A program made the position numbers and the translations under genes. A stretch of DNA of 62,238 nt, the filler included. It is 13 parts of 13 records of this genome, joined end to end, with 100 filler letters (N's around TTAATTAATTAA, not from the genome) between each part and the next. Parts side by side here need not be neighbours in the genome. Positions count along the whole stretch, not along the records: positions 1 to 3,319 come from SRR15195285_10495; positions 3,420 to 6,433 come from SRR15195285_10496; positions 6,534 to 10,220 come from SRR15195285_10505; 10 more parts are not named here. One strand, 5' to 3'. How positions within the stretch are numbered: the stretch's first letter is position 1; every line of letters begins with the position of its first letter. The notes beneath the pieces were generated by a model. The model searched no databases. It was not told the DNA's origin and worked only from the letters and a program-made list of their open reading frames with translations. Positions 1 through 10,320 of the stretch are shown here, piece after piece.

Positions 1-437
1 TCGCTCATGCACGGGTGAAAATCACTGGGGTATGGGGCTAGGAACTTCCTAGTCGACCTAGGAATTCCTAGCCCGTATCGAATTCCCGACCAAACGTTCG
101 CATTACCCGCGCGGAATTACGGTACGCAACTTGGCGCCGAGTCCAGGTCTGGAGTACCCAGGTACAGTAGATCTACACAAATTCCGGTCCCTCATCGACG
201 AGTGCCGGCCGCATGCACACGAGGGTCACGAGCATCGCGCGGGGAGCTGGGCATGCAAGCGCGCCGAGGGCCACCCCCTTAGCGCTAGCGGTATACCTCC
301 GTCGAGGTATCGGCAGCCTCGCGTGCGTGCAGGGCGGGGGTGAGGGGACAGCAGGCGGCGCGCGCGCCCGGGAGGGCGGGGCCGGCATCGCGCGACGCCC
401 GGGTGGGGCCCTGTGGCTTTAAACCCCGCTCGAAGAG

Positions 438-1610
438 ATGCTGGGGCGCCTCTGCCTTTCAAGATTAACCCGGCGGGTTCGATCGCCAGGGGGCTCGCCC
501 TGCCGTTGCTTCGCATCCAGCCCTCCGCCGCCACCGCGCAAGCCGCCGACGCCAAAACGACCGGTTCCGCCACCCAATCGGTCGGCCGGCGGCGGCGGAC
601 AAGGGGGAGCAGGAGGGCGCGACATGGTGCCGGCGCCTCCTCCAATGAACCAGAATGCGGTCGCGAAACTCAATCTCGTTGGCGGCGACAGTTCCAGGAC
701 GTGGAATTTGGTATGGCTCTTCGGCGGGCTTGCCTTTGCAGGATACGTGGTGTCCATGGTGCCGCAGCGCATCCAGTTCCTGAACGACCAGCGGCGGGCG
801 TCGAGCCCCGCGCTCAGTGCGGCAGAGGTACGGCAAGCAGGCGTCGGGAACGTCCCACAGCAAGCGATTCGGAAGGCCCACAAATTTCTGCTTGACCTCC
901 GCGTCACTCCACGGCAGCTTGACGAAGCCATTCGACGGGTCGCCGCGCTGAACGTCGCTGGAACCGGTCTGTCAGAGGTTCTCCAAGAATTCTTGCTGAG
1001 CGGAGCTGGCGATGGTTTAGATGGTGCAGACTCGTACCTTGGCTACAGCGCGTGCGAAGGTGCACTGAAGGCGGTGCTGGTGACCGCCAATCGCCTCGCA
1101 GCCGCTGGGCTGCTTGAGATCGAGATTACAGCGCAGGGGTCCACCAGTGCAGTTGATGAGGGAAGTTTCGACGAGCAAGGGGAGCAGCGGAACGAGGGTC
1201 GGGACGAAGGAGCAGCATCGAGGGCGTGGTCAGATGCACACTCACTGCTGCTGCTATGCCTGGTTGCACGAAATTGCGGGGCGACGGATGAAGAGTCTGT
1301 TCAATCGATCGTGCAGCCGCTGCAGTTCGAGGGTGCGTGCTTCACATGGCCATACATCCGCGCTTCACATGGCCATGCACCCATGCTTCTGCACCAGAAA
1401 TAGCTCACCGTTGACGGATTTGCTGCTGCACGACCAGGTGTGGTTGGTGTGTGGATGGAGGACGCCGTCCTAGACTCGTTGCGATACATCGATAGTCTCT
1501 CAACAAGCACGAAGCTGGACGAGATGGAGTACGACGACTCTGCAGATAGAGGGGGTGGAGAAGCTACCCCTCCTCCGCCCTTTCCATCAGTTTCGTCTGA
1601 GCGCGTATAG
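438..1610 (+). CDS. Hypothetical protein with Arg/Ser/Pro-rich N-terminus (possible mitochondrial presequence) and one TM helix; 2 exons (438-1332, 1438-1610)
   Basis: Long ORF from ATG 438. An intron GTGCGT(1333)...CAG(1437) restores the frame to GVVGVWMEDAVL...SERV*. Hydrophobic segment WNLVWLFGGLAFAGYVVSMV. No family recognised. Confidence 0.6.
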
Positions 1611-1754
1611 TCAACGAACATCAACGTGAAAGAGGAGTGGATGAAGTCGTGTACGCAATTAAAGAAGCGATCACAAAGCAACGAATCTTGCATCACTTAG
1701 ATCATCATTGTGCTGTCAGGCAGCCACACTCGGGTCCTGGTTACTGCTATGATC

Positions 1755-3319
1755 CTACCTGTCACGCACCATGGTGATGTTGCCCTTGAAGGCCTTGCAG
1801 TCGAGTGTCACTGTTGCCTTGCTCCAGTGGCGCACAAAGATCTCACTCCCATCGCTCGTTTCTTCGCAACGCCCAAGTGGCACACCGTAGTCACGCTCGA
1901 AGAGATCGACGCGGATGTCCGCAATTTTGATCGGTCTCTGGGCCGCCACGTTGTACTGTAGCGACAGCGCCCAGCCGAGGATGTATCCTGACCCTATCCA
2001 AGCGACTGGACCGCGCCCAATGAGGTAATACGACACGTCCAGCATCGCATCGATGGGAGTAAGGCCAAGCTGCTCAGTCGGTGTGTGGTTGAACCGTACC
2101 TACTCGCGCAACCACAGCTTGCGTCAGAGTAGCGAAAGGGATGAGAGAGAGAGAGCGTCGACAGAAGTGTGAGTCAGGATCTGATGCTTGCGCTTGCGTT
2201 CCAGTCTATGCTGAGCGAACAAGAGCTAGTCAACACTAGTAAGCACTGTCGTGGTGTGATGCTCGTACTGTGAAGAGCATCGGGCCTGTCTCCGGCGTGC
2301 CCGGGGCGCAGCCAAGTTGTCGCATGCGCTGCGCGCACTGCGTGTGGTTGTGGCTCCGCGTCGACATGGAGTCACCAGCGTAAGTAGGCATGATGTACTT
2401 GCCACGTGCGGACACTTCCGCTGAGAGATCTTGCAGGAGCCGCGACCAGTTTCCTTGGATGTCTGCAACATCATCGCTGCTGAGGCCCATGTCGGACACA
2501 GCTGCGCTGTTCTCTTCGGTCGGACCGGTTGCATACCAAAAGTCGTCCAGAATCAGCCCATCGATGTCATCGCTGCCGAGGCAGTCACTTCCACCGAAGT
2601 ACTCGTGGACCATCCAGTCTCTCATCGAGCGGTTTCTGTGATCGAACAGATATTCCCCGCAGGGGCTAACCCCACAGTCGCAGCTCGGGCCTCGAGTGCA
2701 GCTGAGATTCTCAAACGGATGCAGCGTGTCATTCATCCAGTTCCTACCCGGGACGTGCGGGATCTGACGTGAGTCGTGGTAGAGCCGCTTGTTGCACTTG
2801 CTGCGGTTGGCACCATCGCACATCGGCACGTGCACGTCCGTGACGGACGAATTGCGGCAGACGAGCTTGTTTGCTTGCACAGACGTGCACCAGCACTCGG
2901 TCGGCGAGGTGGCGCCCACGCGGAACGGGAGAAAGTAGCCACCGTACGCCTCGCTGTCGATCTTGGCGCCGACATCGGCAAACTGGTTGAGCGCCTTCAC
3001 GCTGTTCCGATAGACGACGCATTTGGTGCGCGGGTAGGCCGCCTTGATCGCCCGGCACTGCTGCGCAAGCGCGGCGCCGTCGCTCATCGGCGAGTAGTCG
3101 TTGATCCAGTGGCCGGCAGCGTGCGCCCAGTCCAGCATCACCACACCGTAGCCGGCGAAATCTGCCACGGGCTGCAGGCCGGTCGCGTTGCGCCAGAAGA
3201 GCAGCGTGCTCTCGTTCATCGCCCAGCTCGGCGCCCAGCCGCCGGCGCCCACGCTGCTGCTCATGGGTGCGGTTGCGACCGACGCAGCGAGCAGCAGCAG
3301 CAGCAGCAGCAGGAGGAGC
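1755..3319 (-). CDS. Secreted putative glycoside hydrolase, GHL15/GH168-like; start lost at contig edge; intron 2100-2268
   Basis: Poly-Leu signal peptide at the contig edge. Motifs VVMLDW, KCVVYRN, LFDHRN..W, DGLILDD and C-terminal DYGVPLG.C.E...F.R.WSKATVTLDC resemble this family. Intron GTACGA...TAG joins ORF 2236-3264 to ORF 1755-2045 in frame. Confidence 0.6.
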
Positions 3320-3419
3320 NNNNNNNNNNNNNNNNNNNNNNNNNNNNNNNNNNNNNNNNNNNNTTAATTAATTAANNNNNNNNNNNNNNNNNNNNNNNNN
3401 NNNNNNNNNNNNNNNNNNN
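3320..3419. other. Artificial contig linker (stops in all frames). Identical copies at 6434-6533, 10221-10320, 17015-17114, 25705-25804, 30200-30299, 33503-33602, 39742-39841, 43001-43100, 48653-48752, 53573-53672, 57198-57297
   Basis: Exactly 100 bp: 44 N, TTAATTAATTAA, 44 N. Flanks often end in microsatellites or homopolymers typical of assembly breaks. Confidence 0.99.
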
Positions 3420-4938
3420 ACAACAAGAAGTTGGCTCGCTTCGAGGTAATGTGGGACTCCAAGGCCACCTGCGGCTGGGGGCACGTTTCGACCACCGATT
3501 TCTTGACCTTTGTAGATCATGGCTGCGCAGGGCCGAATCGCACCGGCGGCCCGACCATGTCCGGCTCGATTGTGTATCGCCCGGATGGAGTGCCACTGGC
3601 TGCAGTTGGCTGGAAGGGCGACATCTTCTTGTCAACGGCGGACAATGATAGCATTGTGTGGTTGTCTCCGTCACCATCCGCGCTGGGTGTGGAGCAGGCA
3701 GCGGTCGGACCGAGCAACTGCAGATTCTGCCCTCCCCTGCCAATCGGCAAGCGCTGCAAGCAGTCGTGTTCCACCACAAAGTTTGCGAACGTCAACTCGT
3801 CCTTCATCAACGATCCGTTCCTATTTGCGCGCATGGAGGAGCCAGGGCGGATGTACCTGCTCACCTCTGGTTCCATGTGTGATCAGAATGGTCCTACTGG
3901 CGTTCCTCAATCACTACTGTGGGCGTCCGATGATGCGCCACAGTTCAAGGTTGGCAGCTGGAATTTTGTATCGCGCTTCTGGAGTGGCAACTGGGAGGCG
4001 TACGGGCCGCGAACCTCTTGTGTCGATACGTTCGCACTAAGTGGTAAACAGGTCTTCCTTTTCTCCGACTGCAAGTACCACAGAGTACGTTGGTTCGTTG
4101 GCAAGCTGACTGCAAAAAAGACATTGGATGTGGAGAGCAGGGCTTCGTGGATTGGGGGCGGCTTTATGCATCTCAGTCTATGGATACCCCCGATGGACGA
4201 CGACTTCTAATCGGGAACATTGGGCATCCTAACTTCTGCACGGGTACCAAGCTACTGCCGATTGGCGGTACGGACTGGAACTCCATGCTGTCACATCCTA
4301 GGCAGATCCATCTCGAAGCACACAGTAGTCGATTGACATTTGCTCCTGCAGACGAGCTGCGCAAATCACGTGTCGTGTCGACCCATGGTGTTGTGGAGCC
4401 GACTGCTATCAGTGGTGAAAAAGCAGTCGTGCTGGGTAGTGCTAACGGCAACACAAGAGAGGTGCAGCTGTCGCTGCAGCAGTGGGTCAATCGCACGCGG
4501 GGTGGTTCTTGCGGCTTCCAGCTTCGACAGGCAAACACCGATACCACAACGCTAGTGGAATCAGGGTGTGTGCTTGAAGTCATGTTCACAGCAGCCTCCT
4601 CGATTGTCGTGCGTAGCTGGTGCGGGATCCCCGGTAGTCCACACGGGAAGACAGAGTGCCTGGCTGAATCAGACGATGCATTCAACGAGTCGTCGCTCGC
4701 AGGCTACTGCTACAACGTCAGTCTGTCAGTACCCCTCACAGCCACAGGTGCATCGGAGTTGACTGCGTATATAGATAGAAGCGTTGTCGAAGTGTTCGCG
4801 GCGAATGGGCAGGTCGTAATATCTAGCGGAGTGTTCGTAGACAGCGAGAGCGCGACAGCGGTGGTTGAGTTGGTTTGCGACGCCGGTGCCGAGGCTGTCA
4901 TGGCAGCGGAAGGCTGGATGTTACTAAAGCCAGGGTAG
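3420..4938 (+). CDS. GH32-like beta-propeller plus beta-sandwich protein, 5'-truncated, with a frameshift near 4135
   Basis: WGHVSTTDF, MSGS, INDP (RDP position) and SCVD (ECPD position) in ORF 3431-4210. DWGRLYASQSMDTPDGRRLLIG, LSHPRQI and YIDRSVVEVFAANG in overlapping ORF 4090-4938. Confidence 0.75.
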
Positions 4939-5031
4939 TGTCATCGTTATCATCTTTAGTTATCATTGAAATTATAGTCGGGCGCGCCGACTTGTTGCAA
5001 GCACGGACACCGTCAAAGATAAGTGCAAGTG

Positions 5032-6433
5032 TTACTCCAACCGCTCCTTCGGCGCGAGCACCAGCACCATATCCTCTGGGCGTAGCCCAAGTGCCTTGTC
5101 TTTTTCAGGCGGATTGAAGATCCATTTGTTTATCTCGTCATCGCCGTGCCGCTTAACTGCAATGGGCGTGCAACCTCTCAGCCGGCAGGCCGCAAGCAAG
5201 TCCCAAAACGTCATCGCGCCCACTGCTGCCTTAGGAATGTTCAGCAAGATATGTGTTGTACTGTCCACCCAGTCGACTATTGATGTACAGTCGACACAGC
5301 GGTTCACGGGAACGATTGCGAACTCCGACGTGCCACTGCTGAACACGTTGTCGATCCAAAAATGGCGTAGACTGGGGTTCCGAGCGAGGTGTACGGTCAT
5401 CATGCTCGTCAGTTCATCGCTAATTACAAAGTGCGAGATACCCGCCACGCGCAAAAGCTGCAGCGACTGGCGATCCTTGATCTCAGTTGTGATGGAGTCA
5501 TCCGTCCGCCCAGACTGCTCTCGCTGCGCGCGCATTGAGTGCACAAGCATGCTGCAGACCACAGCTCGGGCATCAAAGTCATTGCTGCCCTCTATATCGT
5601 CAGAAAACACAAGGACTGCGTCATATGCCGGCGACTCGGCGGACAACAACACCCTTTCAAGGTGCCGCTTCTTGACGGTGTTATACGTCAGGTGCTTAAT
5701 GCGCAAGTTGCGAAGTTTCTTGAGTCCGCCACCTTCGTCGAGCATCCGGTGGCGCTCCTCGATACTCAGGTGCGAGACGATGGTGAGGACAGCCCCAGGC
5801 CCGGCTCGCTTATCTAGCGCGTGTAAGACATCCTCCATGTCATCCCTCCAGTTGCAGATTAGCAGCTGTTGATTTGGCTTGCGTTCACTCAGCCGCTTCG
5901 ATTCCGGCATCGACAAAGCTGTCCTGAGACGGGCTGGAGCTTCCCGGACTTTGAATGCCTGCGGTGTTTTATCCTGTGCAACGACGCATAGCTGATCGCC
6001 AGGCTTTACGATGAAGTCATCCGGAGGGTTGAGCACCATCGGACACGATTCTTCATGGCTGCTGTCAAAGCTTTGTGCGTCCAGCTTCTGCTCTCGATGC
6101 GTCAGCACTCCAAGAACTACTGCACCATCGCACATGAACGAAACCTCGGCAAAAGTGCGATTCTGTAGCTGCGGCCAGGCATCCAATGATGTGATGTAAA
6201 CCTCGTTCCCTTGGCCTTCGGCGTAGTCCAGAAGGTGGTGGATTACCTTGCTGAGCCCAGGCTGGAGTGCGGCCTGGACCATGACGTTGCCAACAATGTC
6301 TTCGCCAGCACACGGCAGCACATGTGGGCGTTGGTGGGCCAGAAGAAGGTGCTTACCGCTCCTGACTGCTTCACTTTGTGGCGCCTGGCCCTCGGTCAGC
6401 CACTGCCGCCGCCGCCACCGCTGCTGCTGCTGC
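5032..6433 (-). CDS. CASTOR/POLLUX(DMI1)-like cation channel, C-terminal RCK gating-ring region, 5'-truncated
   Basis: MVQAALQPGL..WPQL...F.EV, LNPPDD....GD.L.V.A.D, LLICNWRDDMED, RHLE and DARAVV match the DMI1/CASTOR/POLLUX pattern (QPGLA, WPQL, LNPDD, CGWRRD, RRHLE, DSRSL). The frame is open to the contig edge. Confidence 0.8.
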
Positions 6434-6533
6434 NNNNNNNNNNNNNNNNNNNNNNNNNNNNNNNNNNNNNNNNNNNNTTAATTAATTAANNNNNNNNNNN
6501 NNNNNNNNNNNNNNNNNNNNNNNNNNNNNNNNN

Positions 6534-7024
6534 CAGGGCATACGGCCGTATGCCCTGTGTGTTCCAGCTTCGCCGCCTCTCTCTCGTAGCGCTTGAACAA
6601 TTCCGCCATATGCCCTCGCCAGTGCAGTGTCGTGTGTCGATGCACTTTCCTGCGTTGCACTTGTCTTCCTATTCTCTTGTGTCCGTTTCTCGCTCAGGAA
6701 GTGTAGCCACAGCTCGTGGTTCGTGGCTGCGCAGCCTCTCCACCTTCCTAGTTCTTCATTGGTGCTGTACTTTTGCAAGACTTTCGCTGCTGCTAGTCTT
6801 TGTCTTGTTCTAAACCGCTCCCAACCATCTCGATTTTGGTCCCGTTGCCGTGCTTCTTCGCTCAGGAACCATCTCCTGGTCTCATGCACCGCATCTATTT
6901 CCTTTTCACTCTCGCCGTATTTGAGACAGAATGCCCGTTCTGTCAGTGCGAAGTTCCCAGAGTAACAAAGCGGTGTTCTCAACGCATGAAAGCGCGCGTC
7001 GACGGCGCGCACGAGCCGCAGCAA
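6534..7024 (-). CDS. Hypothetical charged protein fragment, 3'-truncated
   Basis: Open frame of about 160 codons running into the linker. No recognisable motif. Confidence 0.3.
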
Positions 7025-7129
7025 CAGTGTGTCGGAATGGATTTGTTCATTGGCACACAGAGCTTGTAGTGAGCACCACCCACTCCCGCGTTCAAATAGT
7101 CTAGCAGGCTCTGGCTGAGAAATGGCTAG

Positions 7130-9716
7130 CTAGCACGGGGACCTTTTGCCTGCATTTGTACATAGCGGTGAGCCGATGAGCCCTTCCCACCGATTGAACA
7201 CCGGATCAAAACACTCAATGTAGAATCGATGTGCACCAGAGCCAAACGAGTTGCACGGGATCATGAGATCAAACCCATGATCACCTGCTTCTGGTCGATG
7301 AATGGATGCTGATGCATTCGAGACCACGGTCGGGCCATCAATACGTGCTCGCACTTCGCGTGGTGGTCCGCTAAACTTGGCTCCAGAGCACCAGCCGCTG
7401 ATTGAGCTGCGTCCACCGATGCACTGGCCCAAAGACTGATGTATGTGGCACAACCATTTCGAGTGAGGTTTTACTGGGAAGCTTAGCACACTGTGTAATT
7501 CCAAACAAGTGTGACCAGTGCGACTCTTACGTCCACGTGACCTTCGCCCGGGCCTGGCAGTGGCGGACTTGGAGGTGCTGGAGGGGCCGGTGGTGGCAGA
7601 CAGTGTGGAATGTACGAGGGCGCCGCGTTGCAAGATGGTTCACGCGCGCCTCGCCATGGAAACACCGTCCCATTGTTGTATTTCGCCGGATTTGCCAGTG
7701 GGTCCGGTGGGCAGTCGATCTGTTCATTCCAGCTGCAGCCTGGCCTAGCAGACAGTTCGGACAGCGTGCTGACCATGTGTGTCACCACCTCCGGTAGCTC
7801 CTCCGACAAATCGTGCTTCTCGAGCGGATCGTCAAAGACATCGAACAACCATGTGCTGTTGATCCTTTTTGTCGGCGGTGGCATGGGCTGAACCCCTGGA
7901 CCGGGCAGTGGATTCCACCCCGTTGGACAGCTGTAGTTGGCGCAGATGTACTCGGTGTTGAAGTAAATTGAGGCGTGAAAGCGGACAATCTTGTACTTGC
8001 CCTCCATGTAGCTCTCCTGCCGAATTCCATTGTCTCCCCCTATCTCGTGCACCAGCCCCGTCGTTGGACCACGAGCTGGTGGACTTTCTGCTGTCGTGGT
8101 CAAAGCATCCCACTGGTTCACTCCATCCAACGGGTAGCGGAAATGGTCCTGGTCTAGCTCTAGTCCGGCCACGCCCGCCACGAAGGTTGGTAGCCAGTCT
8201 GCGACTGCGACGACATCGTTGCTTACCGCACCTCGAAGCGTAGGCGCAAGGCCAGGCCAATGCATGAAGCCGACTGCTCTGACGCCTCCCTCAAAATTTG
8301 TGGACTTTTCTCCCCGTCTACTCAGCAGCAGTTGTGCGAGTTAGTCTGCGTTATTTTGTACTCGACAAGGCTTAGCTGCGCGTAGACATGATGTTGCAAT
8401 GACTGAACGCACAGTGGGGCATTGTTGCCACTCGATCCCACATGTCCACCGTTGTCAGCTGCGAGCACCACAAGCGTGTCTTCCCAGATAGAGAGCGATT
8501 GGTAAGTCCGTGTTAAGTTGCCCACGCCCTCGTCCAGGCAAGCCATCCTAGACAGACCATCCTTGAGGAGATTAGTTCGCTCTCGTCTGAGCAGACCATC
8601 CTATCAATAGTTCACAATTCGAAGATAGACAACAGGGCGCCGGTAATCCTACATTCCACAATAGATGTTCCTCTTGTTCAGCTTTGTCACTCGCGAGCAA
8701 AACGCATTGTTGACGTAATGATCTGGCGCCTCGATTGGACCGTGCATTGCCTCTGATATGCAGTACCAGAACCTTGCGGATTAGAGAAGCGTTGCCTCCT
8801 TGCACGACAGTAGAAGACTGAGGATGCACACGATGGCACAAAAGGCTAAGGTCGAAGTCTGCTTGCTGCTGCGACTCACGGTATGCCAAATACAAGAATG
8901 ACTTCTCAGCTTTTTCTTCGCCCACCGTTTTCTCTATCCAGACCTGGGCCTTTTCGGTGTAAAGATTTGTTGAGTACACACCAGCCTGTGTGTAGTCAGT
9001 GGCAAAATTCTCGTGGAGATCCAACGCGCTCGAACCACCGTGTGTATAGTAGTCCTGTGCGGCGTTCCAGTAGCCGTAAAAGTAGTCAAAGCCGCGGCAG
9101 GTAGGAGTGTAATCCCACGTTGTCATCCCTGCGTCCTATGCGCGCATCACAGGCTGCATCAGCTAACCGATGCAAGACTACAGAAACCTCTACGATCAAC
9201 TTACCCACTTCCCGAACGCTGCTGTCTTCCAGCCACCTACACTGAGACGATCTGCCACCGTGCTAACCTCCTTCGGTAGGTCGATCGCGTGACCGTTGAC
9301 AATCACGCAGCCCTGCATCGATAATGTAGACGCGTAGCGTCCAGAAAGAAAGCTGGTGCGCGACGGCGAGCAGAGATTGTGCGTGTAGTATCGCTCCAAG
9401 CGCAGCCCCGCCAGCGCCAGCCCATCAATATTGGGCGAACTGAGGTCGGACGTATTGCGGTAGGACACCTGCTCGGCCAACAAGCGCCCTCACTGATCAG
9501 CGCCTGAAATACTCCAGGCGTGGCTGACAACGCAATCCATGCAACGTGTTCGTCCAACACAGTCGGACTAGCGAGGCATTTAGAACGTACGTCATTGTAT
9601 CCAAGATCATCGATCATCAAGAACAGGATATGCTTCGGGTTCGCAGACTGCGCCGTGCTTAGGGCACACAGTAAGCTTAAGCAGCTGGTTGCTACGGAGA
9701 CACCCTGCCAGTGCAT
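7130..9716 (-). CDS. Secreted arylsulfatase (S1, ARSB-like) with Pro-rich linker and C-terminal Ig-like module; 7 exons
   Basis: Signal peptide, HILFLMIDDLGYND, FGly motif CSPSRTSFLSGRY, GKW, RGFDYFYGY, AMHGP, DNGG and PLRGEK..FEGGVR. In-frame GT-AG introns at 9469-9590, 9136-9204, 8753-8879, 8548-8652, 8318-8412 and 7436-7530. Confidence 0.92.
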
Positions 9717-10320
9717 CGCGCGATGGGAGAAGGTCTGACTAGCTCTAGATCTACTGACTGTGCTCAGATAGAGTGGAGTGAGGGAAGATGAGCTTGGATT
9801 AAAGTAGCAGAGGGGTCGCGGTAGCACCAGAACTCAAGAAAGAGTCTGAATCGTACGCCCGATGGCCCCTCAGCCACGCACGAGCCGCGGTGGCCCGGGA
9901 CCGCGCGCGGCGCGCAACGATCCGATCACGGAATAGCGTTCGCACCCGCCATGCACGAGGGCCCCGCCCCGCACAGGGGGGCGGCGCGCGCGCGCGGCCT
10001 CGCACGTACGTATCGAACTACATTCGAATATTGGGACGAATATTTTGTACCCAGCTACAGCTGTAGGTAGGATCCTAGTCGGGAACCTATCAAGTATTAT
10101 AGCAAGGTAGGCCATCTTCTAATCTCTTGACTTGGAAACGCGAAGTACGTACGTTCGGAGAGGACCACAAAATGACATTGACAATTACGGTAAGCTTAAG
10201 TAGAGTGTATTGACGTACCCNNNNNNNNNNNNNNNNNNNNNNNNNNNNNNNNNNNNNNNNNNNNTTAATTAATTAANNNNNNNNNNNNNNNNNNNNNNNN
10301 NNNNNNNNNNNNNNNNNNNN

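Noticed and set aside
1339-1376. 15-bp direct repeat GCTTCACATGGCCAT (and a similar pair at 50719/50836)
   Set aside because: Small local duplications in non-coding DNA with no other element hallmarks.
3364-3375. Recurring TTAATTAATTAA as a biological repeat or CRISPR-like array
   Set aside because: It is always centred in an exact 100-bp N spacer, so it is an artificial linker. ORFs containing X across it are artefacts.
1755-9716. Glycoside hydrolases plus sulfatase as a polysaccharide-utilisation cluster
   Set aside because: They lie on three different contigs, so the adjacency is artificial.
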